Origin: Arcobacteraceae bacterium
GTDB taxonomy: Bacteria > Campylobacterota > Campylobacteria > Campylobacterales > Arcobacteraceae
Direction of reading: 5' to 3'
Length of the DNA stretch: 64,000 nucleotides
Assembly (NCBI GenBank): GCA_048268245.1
Contig: JBLWVX010000012.1
Coordinates: 9,308 to 73,307 of the forward strand
Below the pieces are notes generated by a model. It saw nothing but the letters and a program-made list of their open reading frames with translations, was not told the DNA's origin and made no database searches. Position numbers and translations under genes: made by a program. Below are positions 1 to 10,249 of this stretch, piece by piece. Within the stretch, counting starts at the first letter, position 1; each line of letters starts with the position of its first letter.

Positions 1-1
1 T

Positions 2-358
2 AAACATGAAGAAAAAGGAGCTTTCAATCATTACCTAGATGCATTCAAAAATTATGCAACATTCTCAGGAAGAGCAAGTCGAAGTGCTTTTTGGTATTTT
101 CAATTAATTAACTTTATTATTGGAACATTAATTACAATAGTTGTAAAAATCATCCCCGTTTTTTATTTTGTATCAGTAGTTTATTCATTAGCAATAATTG
201 TACCAAGTATTGCTTTAGGTGCTAGAAGATTACATGATACAGGAAGAAGTGGTTGGTGGCAACTTTTAATGCTTATTCCATTAATTGGTATTATTGTATT
301 AATTATACTTTGGATACAAAAAACAAAACAAGAACAAACAAAGTATGACCTTAACTAA
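2..358 (+). CDS. DUF805 (YhaH-like) inner membrane protein, 5' end outside window
   Basis: Frame 2 open from the edge to TAA at 356-358; translation contains YATFSGRASRSAFW and ARRLHDTGRSGWW, typical of DUF805. Confidence 0.85.
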   Translation, partial: KHEEKGAFNHYLDAFKNYATFSGRASRSAFWYFQLINFIIGTLITIVVKIIPVFYFVSVVYSLAIIVPSIALGARRLHDTGRSGWWQLLMLIPLIGIIVLIILWIQKTKQEQTKYDLN

Positions 359-369
359 AACACAATAAC

Positions 370-1680
370 CTAATTAGCTTTTTCCAAAAAGAGGGTAAAC
401 AAAGCTCCCTCTTTTTGATTTATAACTTCTATTTTACCTTCAAAACTATCTTCTATTATCTGTTTTACTAAATAAAGTCCTATACCTAAACCTTCATTTT
501 TTGTAGTGTAGTATGGTTCAAAAATTTTATTTATATTTTTTATACCACCTGCATTATCAACTATTTTTATTACTACCTCTGCGCTTGAAGAGCTTAACTC
601 TAATTTTATTTTTGGTTTCTCTAAGTTAATTAACTCATCTTTTGCATTTGTAAGTAAAGATAGTATTACTTGAGATAGTTCATTTAAAATTCCATAAACC
701 TCTATATTTTCATTTGTATTAATACTAAAATCAAGTTCTATATTGTACTTTTTTAAATCAGGGTCAATTATAGTTATAGCTTTTTGTATTGCATCTTTTA
801 CTAAAAAGTTCTCTTTTTGTTTTAAAGGTGTATAAAACTGTCTAAAATCCTCTATTGTTTTAGATAGGTATTGTAACTGCTCATTTGCTTGTTGCATTTT
901 TTTGAAAAAAAACTCATCATCTAATCTTTTATTTTCATATCTTTTTTTTAGATTCATCAAAATATACGAGATGTTATTTAAAGGCTGTCTAAACTGATGG
1001 GTAATATTTTGAAGCATTTGTCCAGTTTTTGCAAGCTTTGATTGCTGGAATAGCATCTCTTCATAGTTTTGGCTTTGTTGTTTTAAACTATTGTATTTAT
1101 AGGCTACTGACATAGTAAATAGCACTGCTTCAATAGAGAAAGCAACTGTTACTAAATCCATATAACCATTAGTTGTATAAAAGCCTTTAAAATCACCAAT
1201 AAAAAGTATCAAACAAAATACTGACCAACCAAGAACATAAACTAAAGTTGGCTTAACACCTTGCTTTAGATTAAAAATCACAGAGATAAATAAAACAGCA
1301 TAAATAATAGTATAAGGTAGATACTCAAAAAGCATATAGTGATAAAAGGCTGTAAGTATCACTACATTTAATAAAAAAGTATTTAGTATCAGCTCTTTAT
1401 AGTTTGTAATCTTAGGTATAAACTTTCCTTCATAGAAGTTTATAGCAAAAACCAAAGCACTTAAACTAGCAATAACTAAAGCTAACTCTTGAACAAATAT
1501 ACTTATATCAAACATAGAACTATATGAAACTATATATACAAGTGAAGCTATTTGCATTAAACAGTAACTTATATAAAATATCTCTTTTGAGTATATATAC
1601 CTAACAAAAGTATATATGATTGTCATAAGAACAATTCCAAAAGTAATACCATAAGTTAAAACAAGAGCTAAATCATACAT
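370..1680 (-). CDS. Membrane sensor histidine kinase (7TM-type input)
   Basis: Multiple TM segments, H-box ITHQFRQPL, FEPYYTTK and GLGIGL motifs. Confidence 0.9.
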   Translation of the reverse strand: MYDLALVLTYGITFGIVLMTIIYTFVRYIYSKEIFYISYCLMQIASLVYIVSYSSMFDISIFVQELALVIASLSALVFAINFYEGKFIPKITNYKELILNTFLLNVVILTAFYHYMLFEYLPYTIIYAVLFISVIFNLKQGVKPTLVYVLGWSVFCLILFIGDFKGFYTTNGYMDLVTVAFSIEAVLFTMSVAYKYNSLKQQSQNYEEMLFQQSKLAKTGQMLQNITHQFRQPLNNISYILMNLKKRYENKRLDDEFFFKKMQQANEQLQYLSKTIEDFRQFYTPLKQKENFLVKDAIQKAITIIDPDLKKYNIELDFSINTNENIEVYGILNELSQVILSLLTNAKDELINLEKPKIKLELSSSSAEVVIKIVDNAGGIKNINKIFEPYYTTKNEGLGIGLYLVKQIIEDSFEGKIEVINQKEGALFTLFLEKAN

Positions 1681-2353
1681 CTATTTTATAACCCACACCC
1701 CATTGATTTGAAATAAGCTCTTTTGGGATTTTTGTTTTCAGGTTTTTAACCAATGTCTTTAGAGCATCCTTACTCATAACATCATCTCTCCAAACATAGT
1801 TTTCAATCTCACTATGAGTTACATATCTATTTTTATTTTTCAAAAGTAAAGATAAAAAATCAAGCTCTTTTACTCTAAGTTTTACAAGTTCATCATTTTT
1901 AAATAAAGTTAAATTAAACATATCAAAACTAAACTGCTCATCTAACTTGATGATATTTGAACTATCTTCATTTAAAGCATTTACACAAAGACTTAGTGCC
2001 TCATCAAACTTTTTATCATCTACAGGCTTTACTAGATACTTTACAAGCTGTAACTCTATAGCCTTAAATAAATAGTCCTTATCACAAAAAGCAGAGATTA
2101 CTATAACTTGTACTTTCTTATCTTTTTTTCTTATTTTTTGTATAAACTCTAAACCATTTAGCTTTGGCATTTGAATATCAGTGATTATAATATGAGGTTG
2201 TTCTTTTTCATAAAGTTTTAAAGCCTCTAAAGCATTAGAAGCTTCAAATACAAAACCAAAATAGTTTTCTAAATACTCAACACCATTTTGTCTTGCTATA
2301 TCATCATCTTCTACAAATAAAACTTTTATATTTTTAGTATCAATATTTTGCAT
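1673..2353 (-). CDS. OmpR-family response regulator, cognate of the adjacent kinase
   Basis: VEDD, DIQMPKLNG receiver and winged-helix C-terminus ending GVGY; start placed at MQNID. Confidence 0.9.
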   Translation of the reverse strand: MQNIDTKNIKVLFVEDDDIARQNGVEYLENYFGFVFEASNALEALKLYEKEQPHIIITDIQMPKLNGLEFIQKIRKKDKKVQVIVISAFCDKDYLFKAIELQLVKYLVKPVDDKKFDEALSLCVNALNEDSSNIIKLDEQFSFDMFNLTLFKNDELVKLRVKELDFLSLLLKNKNRYVTHSEIENYVWRDDVMSKDALKTLVKNLKTKIPKELISNQWGVGYKIDV

Positions 2354-2394
2354 ATTTGTATTATATCTTAATTTCTTTATGATAAAATCCAACT

Positions 2395-2928
2395 ATGAGA
2401 GAATATAAAACACAATCAAAAGAGATTATTTTAACAACAACAATAGATACACCATTAGGACAAATGTTTGCAGCAGCTACAAAAAAAGGTCTTGTGATGT
2501 TATGTTACTTCACACCTTTTAATATAGAAGCTAGAATAGATACTTTAAAGAAGAGTTTTGATGTGGACATCATTCCTTCAAACTGTGAGTATTTTGATAT
2601 GCTAAGAGTACAACTTGATGAATATTTCAATAAACAAAGAACAAGTTTTGAGCTACCTATGCAGTTAGTTGGGTCTACTTTTCAAATACAAGTATGGAAA
2701 GAACTTCTAAAAATTCCTTATGGACAAACAGCAACGTTTGAGCAAATAGCATCACAAATAGAAGGACTTAAATCAAAAAAAGCCTTAGAGAGCCCATGTG
2801 CTCAAAATATGTTAAATATCATAGTTCCTTGTCATAGAGTTATGAAAGAAGAGGGTGTTTCAAATATCTATGCAGGTGGAGATAGTAAAAAAGAGTTTCT
2901 ACTTAATTTAGAAAACAAAAAATCTTAA
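2395..2928 (+). CDS. ogt: Methylated-DNA--protein-cysteine methyltransferase
   Basis: FQIQVW...IPYG and active-site PCHRV. Confidence 0.88.
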   Translation: MREYKTQSKEIILTTTIDTPLGQMFAAATKKGLVMLCYFTPFNIEARIDTLKKSFDVDIIPSNCEYFDMLRVQLDEYFNKQRTSFELPMQLVGSTFQIQVWKELLKIPYGQTATFEQIASQIEGLKSKKALESPCAQNMLNIIVPCHRVMKEEGVSNIYAGGDSKKEFLLNLENKKS

Positions 2929-2961
2929 GTATAATACTCAAAATTATTAAGAAGTAAAGAA

Positions 2962-4371
2962 TTGATAGATAAAAATATTTTTAGACAGTATGATATTAGA
3001 GGAGTTGTAAATAAACAACTTACAAAAGAAAACACAAAAATCATAGCCTATCACTTAGGTATTCAGATACAGAAAAAAAGCTGTAAAAATGCCTATATTG
3101 TAGTTGGCTACGATGTAAGAAAACACTCAAAAATGCTTTTTAAAGCACTTGTTAGTGGACTTAATGCTTCAGGATGTAGAGTTTTAAACTGTGGTTTAGT
3201 TGCAACTGGTGTTAACTATTTTGCATCTTTCCAAAGCTTTAAAATAAAAAATCAAAAAATAAAACCAAATGCTTCTATTATGATTACAGGAAGTCACAAT
3301 GCCAAAAAATATAATGGTTTTAAAATAACAGTAAACAATGAACCTTTTTTTGCAGATGATTTAATAAAAGTTTATAAGCAAATCAAGAAAAATCCTGATA
3401 TAAAAATCAAAAAAGATTTATCACACGAAAAAATAAATGCAAGAAAGCTTTATATAGACTATATGATTAAACAGTTTTCACATTTACAAGGCTTTAAAGA
3501 AAAGTTTGCAATAGATTGTGGAAATGGCGTTGCTAATACTGTTATATGTAAAATACTTGATAAACTTGATTTAAAGTATAAAGCTTTAAATACAATTCCA
3601 GATGGAAACTTTCCAAACCACCATCCAGACCCATCTAAAGAGAAAAACCTTGCTAGTTTAAAAAAACTTCTAAAAGATGATATAAATCTTGGTTTTGCAT
3701 ATGATGGAGATGCTGATAGAATTGCTGTATTAACACAAAAACACAATATAAAAGGTGACACTTTAGCTTATCTTTTCTCAACAACTATGAAAAACCCTGT
3801 GATTATTGGAGAGGTTACTTACTCTCAAAATATATTTGATGAGATAAATAATCATGGTAAAACTGTTATGGATAAAACAGGTTATTCAAACTTAAGATTG
3901 AAACTAAAAGAGTTAAATGCTGATTTAGCAGCAGAAGTATCAGGACATATTTTCTTCAATGATAGATATTATGGATATGATGATGCTATTTATGCAACAC
4001 TTAGAGTCTTAGAACTAGTTTTCAAAGGTATAAACCTTGATAAGCAAATAGCTAAGCTTCCGAGTGTTTATACAAGTCCTAATATAGAAATGTTTATAAG
4101 TGAAGACATTAAATTTGCTTTAATAAAAAAACTAAAACAAGAGATTAAAAAGCCTCAAAGGGGATTTCCTGTAATAAAAGAGGTAATTAAAATAGATGGT
4201 ATTAGAATAGTGTTTGAGTATGGTTGGGCTTTAGTTAGAGCTTCAAACACAGAACCAAAGCTAGTTACTAAATATGAAGCTACTTCTCATGCTACAGCTA
4301 TTTCTTATCAAATGGCTGTAGAAAATTTAATAAAAAAGGTATTAAATGAACTTAATAGCACTTCAAGTTAA
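2962..4371 (+). CDS. Phosphomannomutase/phosphoglucomutase
   Basis: FRQYDIRG, TGSHN phosphoserine loop, DGDADR metal loop, RASNTEP. Confidence 0.92.
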   Translation: MIDKNIFRQYDIRGVVNKQLTKENTKIIAYHLGIQIQKKSCKNAYIVVGYDVRKHSKMLFKALVSGLNASGCRVLNCGLVATGVNYFASFQSFKIKNQKIKPNASIMITGSHNAKKYNGFKITVNNEPFFADDLIKVYKQIKKNPDIKIKKDLSHEKINARKLYIDYMIKQFSHLQGFKEKFAIDCGNGVANTVICKILDKLDLKYKALNTIPDGNFPNHHPDPSKEKNLASLKKLLKDDINLGFAYDGDADRIAVLTQKHNIKGDTLAYLFSTTMKNPVIIGEVTYSQNIFDEINNHGKTVMDKTGYSNLRLKLKELNADLAAEVSGHIFFNDRYYGYDDAIYATLRVLELVFKGINLDKQIAKLPSVYTSPNIEMFISEDIKFALIKKLKQEIKKPQRGFPVIKEVIKIDGIRIVFEYGWALVRASNTEPKLVTKYEATSHATAISYQMAVENLIKKVLNELNSTSS

Positions 4372-5071
4372 AACGAGTAAAGATTTTCAAAAAAACTTGG
4401 AGCATTTAAAAAGTTTGATTCAAAAGTGTGAAGAAAACTCTATTATTTTAGCCCCTGAGATAGCTCTTAGTGGTTTTTGTTATGATAGGATGCAAGAAGC
4501 TTCAAACTTTAGTATAAAGGCTATAGAAGAGATAAAAGAACTAGCTTTTAATAAAACGATTGCTTTGACTTTTATTACTAAAAAAGATGATAAATATTAT
4601 AACACTTTACATGTATTTCATAAGCAAGAGATTTTGCATACTCAATCAAAAGTTCAATTATTCCCTTTAGGAAATGAACTTGAACACTTTGAAGCAGGAA
4701 ATAAAGAAGATATAAAAATTCTTGATATAAACGGTCTTAAAGTAGCCACACTTATTTGTTTTGAGCTTAGATTTCCTCAACTTTGGGAAAAAGTAAAAGG
4801 TGCTGATATTATTTTAAATCCTGCAATGTGGGGAATAAAAAGAAAAGACCACTATGAAACTATCTCTAAATCCCTAGCTCTTGTAAATCAGTGTTTCGTA
4901 ATTGCAAGTAATAGTGCAGATGATAATATGGCAAAAGGAAGTGCTATTATCTCACCTTTTGGAAATGTAGTAAAAGATGATGAAAAAGAGATTATCAAAG
5001 TAAGTGCTGATTTAAATGAAATAAAAAAAGTTAGAAAATATATAAATATAGGATTAGATGAAAATGAGTAA
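4346..5071 (+). CDS. Carbon-nitrogen hydrolase (nitrilase/omega-amidase family)
   Basis: PE, K and ICFELRFP catalytic triad motifs. Confidence 0.88.
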   Translation: MNLIALQVKTSKDFQKNLEHLKSLIQKCEENSIILAPEIALSGFCYDRMQEASNFSIKAIEEIKELAFNKTIALTFITKKDDKYYNTLHVFHKQEILHTQSKVQLFPLGNELEHFEAGNKEDIKILDINGLKVATLICFELRFPQLWEKVKGADIILNPAMWGIKRKDHYETISKSLALVNQCFVIASNSADDNMAKGSAIISPFGNVVKDDEKEIIKVSADLNEIKKVRKYINIGLDENE

Positions 5072-5513
5072 AGTAAAATCAATTATCTTTGTTTGTCTTG
5101 GAAATATCTGTAGATCTCCAATAGCACAAGGAGTAGGGCAAAGATACGCTAAACAGAATAATCTTGACTTAGATGTACAAAGTGCTGGAACAGGTGATTG
5201 GCATATAGGAGAGCCTCCTTGTGAAAACTCTATAAAAGTTTGTAAACATAATGGTCTTGATATTTCAAAACAAAGAGCTCAGCAAGTAACTATAGAAGAT
5301 TTAAAAAAATATGACTTGGTTATAGGATTAGATGACTCAAATATTGCGAACCTTAAAAAACTAGGTGCAAAAGATGTACTAAAACTAGGAGATTTTGGAT
5401 TTGATGGGCAAGATGTGCCTGATCCATACTTTTTTGAAGGTTTTGAAGGTTTTGATAAAGTTTATGAAATGATTGAAATTTGTGTAGAAAATCTGATTAA
5501 GGAAAAATGCTAA
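5058..5513 (+). CDS. Low molecular weight protein-tyrosine phosphatase
   Basis: CLGNICRS P-loop and DPY. Confidence 0.93.
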   Translation: MKMSKVKSIIFVCLGNICRSPIAQGVGQRYAKQNNLDLDVQSAGTGDWHIGEPPCENSIKVCKHNGLDISKQRAQQVTIEDLKKYDLVIGLDDSNIANLKKLGAKDVLKLGDFGFDGQDVPDPYFFEGFEGFDKVYEMIEICVENLIKEKC

Positions 5514-5525
5514 AAGATAGATTTA

Positions 5526-5735
5526 TTAATCTATCTTCATAGCTTCTTTAATTTCTTCAAAAGGTATACCATTTCTTTTGGCCATTAATGCCATATTTAC
5601 TATTCTTACTATATGACTTGGTATACTTTTATATGTTGTAAAAGTTGTAGCTTTTACACCTATATTCTCTGCAAAACTCTTTTGTGAAGAGAAACCTATT
5701 TCTTTTATTGTTTTCTTAAATTCTCTTTTTTCCAA
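5526..5735 (-). CDS. Small Xre-like helix-turn-helix protein
   Basis: SQKSFAENIGVKATTFTTY resembles an HTH; divergent from the SLT gene. Confidence 0.55.
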   Translation of the reverse strand: MEKREFKKTIKEIGFSSQKSFAENIGVKATTFTTYKSIPSHIVRIVNMALMAKRNGIPFEEIKEAMKID

Positions 5736-5897
5736 TTTTTATAACTCGTTAAAATTTTTTCGGAATTATATTCTTAAAAGCTAAATACTAGATTAAATTA
5801 AGGCATAAAACTAGTAATTTATAGTTAGAATTTGACAAATAATCTGATTTTATATATAATGCGCGCCAAAATTAAGTGAAAATAAAGGAGACCTTTA

Positions 5898-6395
5898 ATG
5901 AATTTGAAAATAATTCTATTTGTTTCACTGTTAATTAGTAATATCTTCGCAACTAATTTCAACCCTTCAAAACTGACAAAAGAAGATATTAAAATGTTAA
6001 AACTAATTAAAAAACAAGGTGCAAAATATGGTCTTAGCTACTCATTAATGGCAATAGCTATTAAAGAGTCTTCAATAGGTAAATACCTTGTAAATGTTAA
6101 TAGTAAAGATTTTGGTTTATACCAAGCAAATATTAAAACTGTTATAAGCAGAGAAAAAGTAAGAGATACTTCATGGAATAGAAATAGATATGCCATGAAA
6201 CTTATTTCAGACTTTGAATTTGCAACAAAAAATGCAATTGCTGAACTTAAATACTGGAAAAAAGTTCATAAAAATGATTGGAGAAGAGTATGGAGTAGTT
6301 ATAATGGTGGTTGGAGTTATAACTCAAAAAGAGCTAGAAAATACTCAAGAGATATTGCTTCCATTGTTAGAAAATTAAAAAAAGCAAATGTTTAA
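5898..6395 (+). CDS. Secreted lytic transglycosylase (SLT-like domain)
   Basis: Signal peptide; AIAIKESS (catalytic Glu), GLYQ, SYNGG motifs; RBS AAGGAG. Confidence 0.75.
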   Translation: MNLKIILFVSLLISNIFATNFNPSKLTKEDIKMLKLIKKQGAKYGLSYSLMAIAIKESSIGKYLVNVNSKDFGLYQANIKTVISREKVRDTSWNRNRYAMKLISDFEFATKNAIAELKYWKKVHKNDWRRVWSSYNGGWSYNSKRARKYSRDIASIVRKLKKANV

Positions 6396-6427
6396 AAATT
6401 TTAAATATAACTAGATTCTAGTTATAT

Positions 6428-6925
6428 TTAATCAACTTCTACTTCCTTATCTTCAACTTTCTGAGAATAAATCGTTTCTTTTCCTGATGCCAAAATCCTA
6501 GCTTGATCTACCCACTGATATTTCTTAACACAACCTGGCAATTGAAGAAACTCTTCTATCCAATCTGCATTTTTACTTGTCCATTTTGCAATTTGATCAA
6601 AATGAAAAATACCAATATTATTTAAATCTTTTTCAATTTTAGAATTTATACCTTTTATTTTTTTAAGATTATCTTTTCCTGCTTGTCGTGGACTTGATAA
6701 AATTAAAGGTTTATTATCTACACTTGAATTCTTCTTAAAGATAGGATTGATATTAGACCTTCTAGCATTTGGCTGTAAACTTGCACCATCATCTATTTTG
6801 TCTGTATTATCTACTGGTGGCGAATATGAAACTTTTGAGGCTCTTCCTAAAACAAAGCCTATTAAAAGACCTACAAATGCTGCTATTATTAAGTTTACAA
6901 CTATTAAAGAAGCTATCTCTAACAT
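6428..6925 (-). CDS. Membrane-anchored helix-hairpin-helix (COG3743-like) protein
   Basis: N-terminal TM; DNLKKIKGI...LNNIGIFHFDQIAKW. Confidence 0.7.
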   Translation of the reverse strand: MLEIASLIVVNLIIAAFVGLLIGFVLGRASKVSYSPPVDNTDKIDDGASLQPNARRSNINPIFKKNSSVDNKPLILSSPRQAGKDNLKKIKGINSKIEKDLNNIGIFHFDQIAKWTSKNADWIEEFLQLPGCVKKYQWVDQARILASGKETIYSQKVEDKEVEVD

Positions 6926-7752
6926 CAGTTTTCTCCTATTATATTAATTTCAACTCTTCTGTTTATTTCAGATAAACCATTTTTATCATCTTTTACTATT
7001 GGGAACTTTTCACCATAACCAACAGCTTTTAATCTATCTTTGTTAATTCCTAATGAACTTAATGATTTTTTTACACTATTTGCTCTATCTTGCGATATTC
7101 TTAAGTTTAATGAGGCTCTACCTCTAGAATCAGTATGACCTGCAATTTCTACTTTAATATTCTCATGCTCTTTTAAAATATCTGCAACTTTTTGAACACT
7201 TGAAAAAGACTCTGTTGTGATATCAACACTTCTTCTTTTGAAGATAATTTTATTCTCTTTTAAAATAGTATTTATTTGCTCTTGGATTTCTTTAGGTGTA
7301 ATACTAGGTTCTTCAATAACCTCTTCTTCTTTTAGAGATTCTTCTTGTTTTTCTTGAGTATCTTCAACCTTGTCTACACTATTTTGGTTTTCATCTTGAT
7401 TTAATATTTCTTCTTGTTTAACTTCTTCATCTACCATATCATTACCAGAAATTAATTTATCTTGAACTTGCTCTTCACTTTGTTTAATTTCACTTTCTAA
7501 ATTTGTATTAGATTGATTAGTTGATTCTAAACTATCTTTTAATAGTTCATCTTTAATTTTTAGGGCTTTATTTTTTATCTCTTCTATATAATTAATAACA
7601 ACTTGCGTATCAAAATTTATAAGTTTTTCATTAGTACTTACTGTTTGTGCAGAATTATCTTGCATTTTACTATAATCAAAACTAACTACAGTATAAACTA
7701 TTAAAGCTATTAAGATAAATAGTAACGAAAAAATCTTTGTACCAAATGACAT
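6925..7752 (-). CDS. OmpA/MotB-family peptidoglycan-binding protein
   Basis: N-terminal TM, acidic linker, GHTD...NLRISQDRA...NRRVEI. Confidence 0.9.
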   Translation of the reverse strand: MSFGTKIFSLLFILIALIVYTVVSFDYSKMQDNSAQTVSTNEKLINFDTQVVINYIEEIKNKALKIKDELLKDSLESTNQSNTNLESEIKQSEEQVQDKLISGNDMVDEEVKQEEILNQDENQNSVDKVEDTQEKQEESLKEEEVIEEPSITPKEIQEQINTILKENKIIFKRRSVDITTESFSSVQKVADILKEHENIKVEIAGHTDSRGRASLNLRISQDRANSVKKSLSSLGINKDRLKAVGYGEKFPIVKDDKNGLSEINRRVEINIIGEN

Positions 7753-7946
7753 ATTTTACTCCCTAAAAAAGGTAGATTATTTAAAAGCTATATTATATAT
7801 AAAGTTTATAAAAAATAACTGTAATAGTGAGTTTTTTTCAACTAAATTTTAACTTATATATAATAAATAGTTTGAAAATTTTATATTATTATAAAAATAG
7901 TATTAATTAGATATAATATGCCACCAAAAATAGCAAAGGATTTTAA

Positions 7947-9167
7947 ATGCAACATATTATAAATTCAGCTCAAACTTGCCTTGATTGTAAAAAACCAAAA
8001 TGCCAAAAAGGTTGTCCTGTAGGTACTCCAATTGCTGAAATGATTAGACTATTTTTATCAGGAGAGATAAAAGAAGCAGGACAAAAAGTGTTTGAAAACA
8101 ATCCCTTATCTATTATTTGCTCACTTGTTTGTCCTCATGAGAAGCATTGTGAAGGTCACTGTATTTTAAATAAAAAATACACACCTGTAAATGTAGGTGG
8201 AATTGAAAACTATATTTCAACTTACTATATGAATTATAGAGAGTTTGAGAAACCTGAACAAATTGGTAGAAACATAGCTATTATTGGTTCAGGACCTGCT
8301 GGAATAAGCTTAGCTATGATTATGGCTTTAAAAGGTTATAGTATTACTATGTATGAAGCAAATGATAAAATAGGTGGAGTTCTTAGATTTGGTATTCCTG
8401 ACTTTAGACTTGATAAAACTATTCTTGATAAAGTTGAAGAAAACCTTTTAAAACTTGGTGTTAAAATTAGAAAAAATATCATGATAGGGAAAAATATAAC
8501 TATAGATGATTTATTTAGAGATGAGTTTGATGCTGTATTTATAGGAACTGGTGTTTGGAGACCAAAAAAACTTGGAATTAAAGGTGAGAGTTTAGGAAAT
8601 GTACACTTTGCTATCGATTATTTAAAAACTCCAAAAGCTTATGACTTAGGTAAAAAAGTTATAGTTGTAGGTGCTGGAAATGTTGCTATGGATGTTGCTA
8701 GAACTGTTATTAGAAATGGGGCGAGAGAAGTTCAAATCATGTATAGAAAAGATGAACAGAGTATGCCTGCTGAAAGAATAGAGATTGAACATGCAAAAAT
8801 AGATGGTGTAAAATTTAATCTATTCAAATCTCCTTTAGAGTTTACAGAAGACGGAATAAAGTATGAAACAACAAACCCTCAAGAAGAAAAAACTCAAGGT
8901 TTTGAACAAGCTGATTCTATATTAGTTGCTATTTCCCAAACAGCTAGAGATTTAATTGTAAAAAATAATGCTGGTTTATACTTAGGAGATGATGGTCTTT
9001 TAGAAAGTGATGAAAATGGTTGCACTACAAGAAAAGGTGTTTTCGCCTCAGGTGATGTAGTTACAGGTGCAAGAACAGTAGTTGAAGCTGTAGCTTTCTC
9101 AAAAAGAGTTGCTGTTGCTATTGAAGAATATATCAGTACTTTGCCACCAAAGAATAAAGCTTCTTAA
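7947..9167 (+). CDS. GltD/SudA-like Fe-S flavoprotein, NAD(P)-dependent oxidoreductase
   Basis: CxxCxxPxCxxGCP, CSLVCP...CEGHC, GSGPAG, GAGNVAMD, GDVVTG. Confidence 0.88.
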   Translation: MQHIINSAQTCLDCKKPKCQKGCPVGTPIAEMIRLFLSGEIKEAGQKVFENNPLSIICSLVCPHEKHCEGHCILNKKYTPVNVGGIENYISTYYMNYREFEKPEQIGRNIAIIGSGPAGISLAMIMALKGYSITMYEANDKIGGVLRFGIPDFRLDKTILDKVEENLLKLGVKIRKNIMIGKNITIDDLFRDEFDAVFIGTGVWRPKKLGIKGESLGNVHFAIDYLKTPKAYDLGKKVIVVGAGNVAMDVARTVIRNGAREVQIMYRKDEQSMPAERIEIEHAKIDGVKFNLFKSPLEFTEDGIKYETTNPQEEKTQGFEQADSILVAISQTARDLIVKNNAGLYLGDDGLLESDENGCTTRKGVFASGDVVTGARTVVEAVAFSKRVAVAIEEYISTLPPKNKAS

Positions 9168-9592
9168 AGCTTATTCTTTTCATATAAAAACTTAAAAATC
9201 TCATTTTGAGTTTTTATATATTTATCTAATTCTTCTTTTCCAACAAGTAAGCTAAGTTCATCCTGTGTCTTTTGAATAAACTTATTTGCTTTATTAATTA
9301 AATCTTCACTTTTAGATGTTAAAAGAACTCTTTTCTCTTTTTTATTTACTTCTTGCAAAAAAATAAGATAACCCAACTTTTCAAGTTTTTTCAGATTTTT
9401 ATGCATAGCCTGTCTTGAATATCCAAGCTTTTTTGCAAGACTTGAAATAGAGATATTTTCGTACTCTTTAATATATGGGAAAATAGTTATAAGAGAACTT
9501 GATAGACCTAGAAAACCACATTTTTCTAACTCTTTTAAAATTAATTCATTAAAAACTTTACTTGTTTCTAAAGATAAAAAGCATAGCGACAT
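9164..9592 (-). CDS. MarR-family transcriptional regulator
   Basis: SISSLAKKLGYSRQAMHKNLKKLEKLGY winged HTH. Confidence 0.82.
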   Translation of the reverse strand: MSLCFLSLETSKVFNELILKELEKCGFLGLSSSLITIFPYIKEYENISISSLAKKLGYSRQAMHKNLKKLEKLGYLIFLQEVNKKEKRVLLTSKSEDLINKANKFIQKTQDELSLLVGKEELDKYIKTQNEIFKFLYEKNKL

Positions 9593-9593
9593 T

Positions 9594-9612
9594 TTGTAAA
9601 CCTAATTGACAT
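9594..9612. promoter_or_regulatory. Probable MarR operator
   Basis: Imperfect palindrome TGTAAA-CCTAA-TTGACA between the divergent marR and ydhR-like genes. Confidence 0.4.
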
Positions 9613-9660
9613 TATTATATTTTTAGTATAAAATTACACCAAATTTTAAAGGAGTATAAC

Positions 9661-9966
9661 ATGAAATACCTTATGCAGATTGACTTTCCTCATGAAGGCC
9701 CTTTTGGTGATAAATTAACTGCTGCTATGAGTGATTTAGCAAAAGATATTGCAAATGAAAATGGTTTGATATTTAAATTATGGACAGAAAATGAAGATAC
9801 AAAAGAAGCTGGAGGAATCTATGTTTTTGATAATATTGAAGATGCAAAAAGATATTTAGCAAAACATACAGCAAGACTAGAATCTTTTGGATATACAGAT
9901 ATCAAAAGCAAAATATTTACAATAAATGAAGAGCTAAGTAAATTAAGTAAATCTACTTTTCTTTAA
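9661..9966 (+). CDS. YdhR-family putative monooxygenase
   Basis: GPFG...LAKDIANENGLIFKLWTEN...EAGGIY, as in E. coli YdhR. Confidence 0.85.
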   Translation: MKYLMQIDFPHEGPFGDKLTAAMSDLAKDIANENGLIFKLWTENEDTKEAGGIYVFDNIEDAKRYLAKHTARLESFGYTDIKSKIFTINEELSKLSKSTFL

Positions 9967-9989
9967 AGTTTAAAAGAGGTGTATAAATA

Positions 9990-10142
9990 CTATTTTTTTA
10001 TATCAAGCTTAAAACATGCACCTCTTTGAGCTTCACCTTCATGGTCAAAATCTTTATTGTTACTTATTTCAAGTTTAATAATCCTTTGTTTATCTTGAAC
10101 CTTATCAAGCTCTTCAAGTGCATTTAAAATAATATTTTTCAA
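9990..10142 (-). pseudogene. Remnant of a histidine kinase ATPase domain (50 codons)
   Basis: Hand translation MKNIILNALEELDKVQDKQRIIKLEISNNKDFDHEGEAQRGACFKLDIKK: N-box and terminal GAxF strand present, G1/F/G2 boxes missing. Confidence 0.55.
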
Positions 10143-10170
10143 ACTAAACTCTTTTCTTATATCTTAACTT

Positions 10171-10214
10171 CATTGATTTATATCAATGTTTTGTCTTTTG
10201 AATACTTCTATAAT
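10171..10214 (+). promoter_or_regulatory. Fnr/NssR-type box and -10 element of hcp
   Basis: caTTGAT-ttat-ATCAAtg at 10171-10187; TATAAT at 10209-10214; class II spacing. Confidence 0.8.
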
Positions 10215-10249
10215 TCTGTAAATTTTGAAAAATAAAAAAGGATGAAAAC

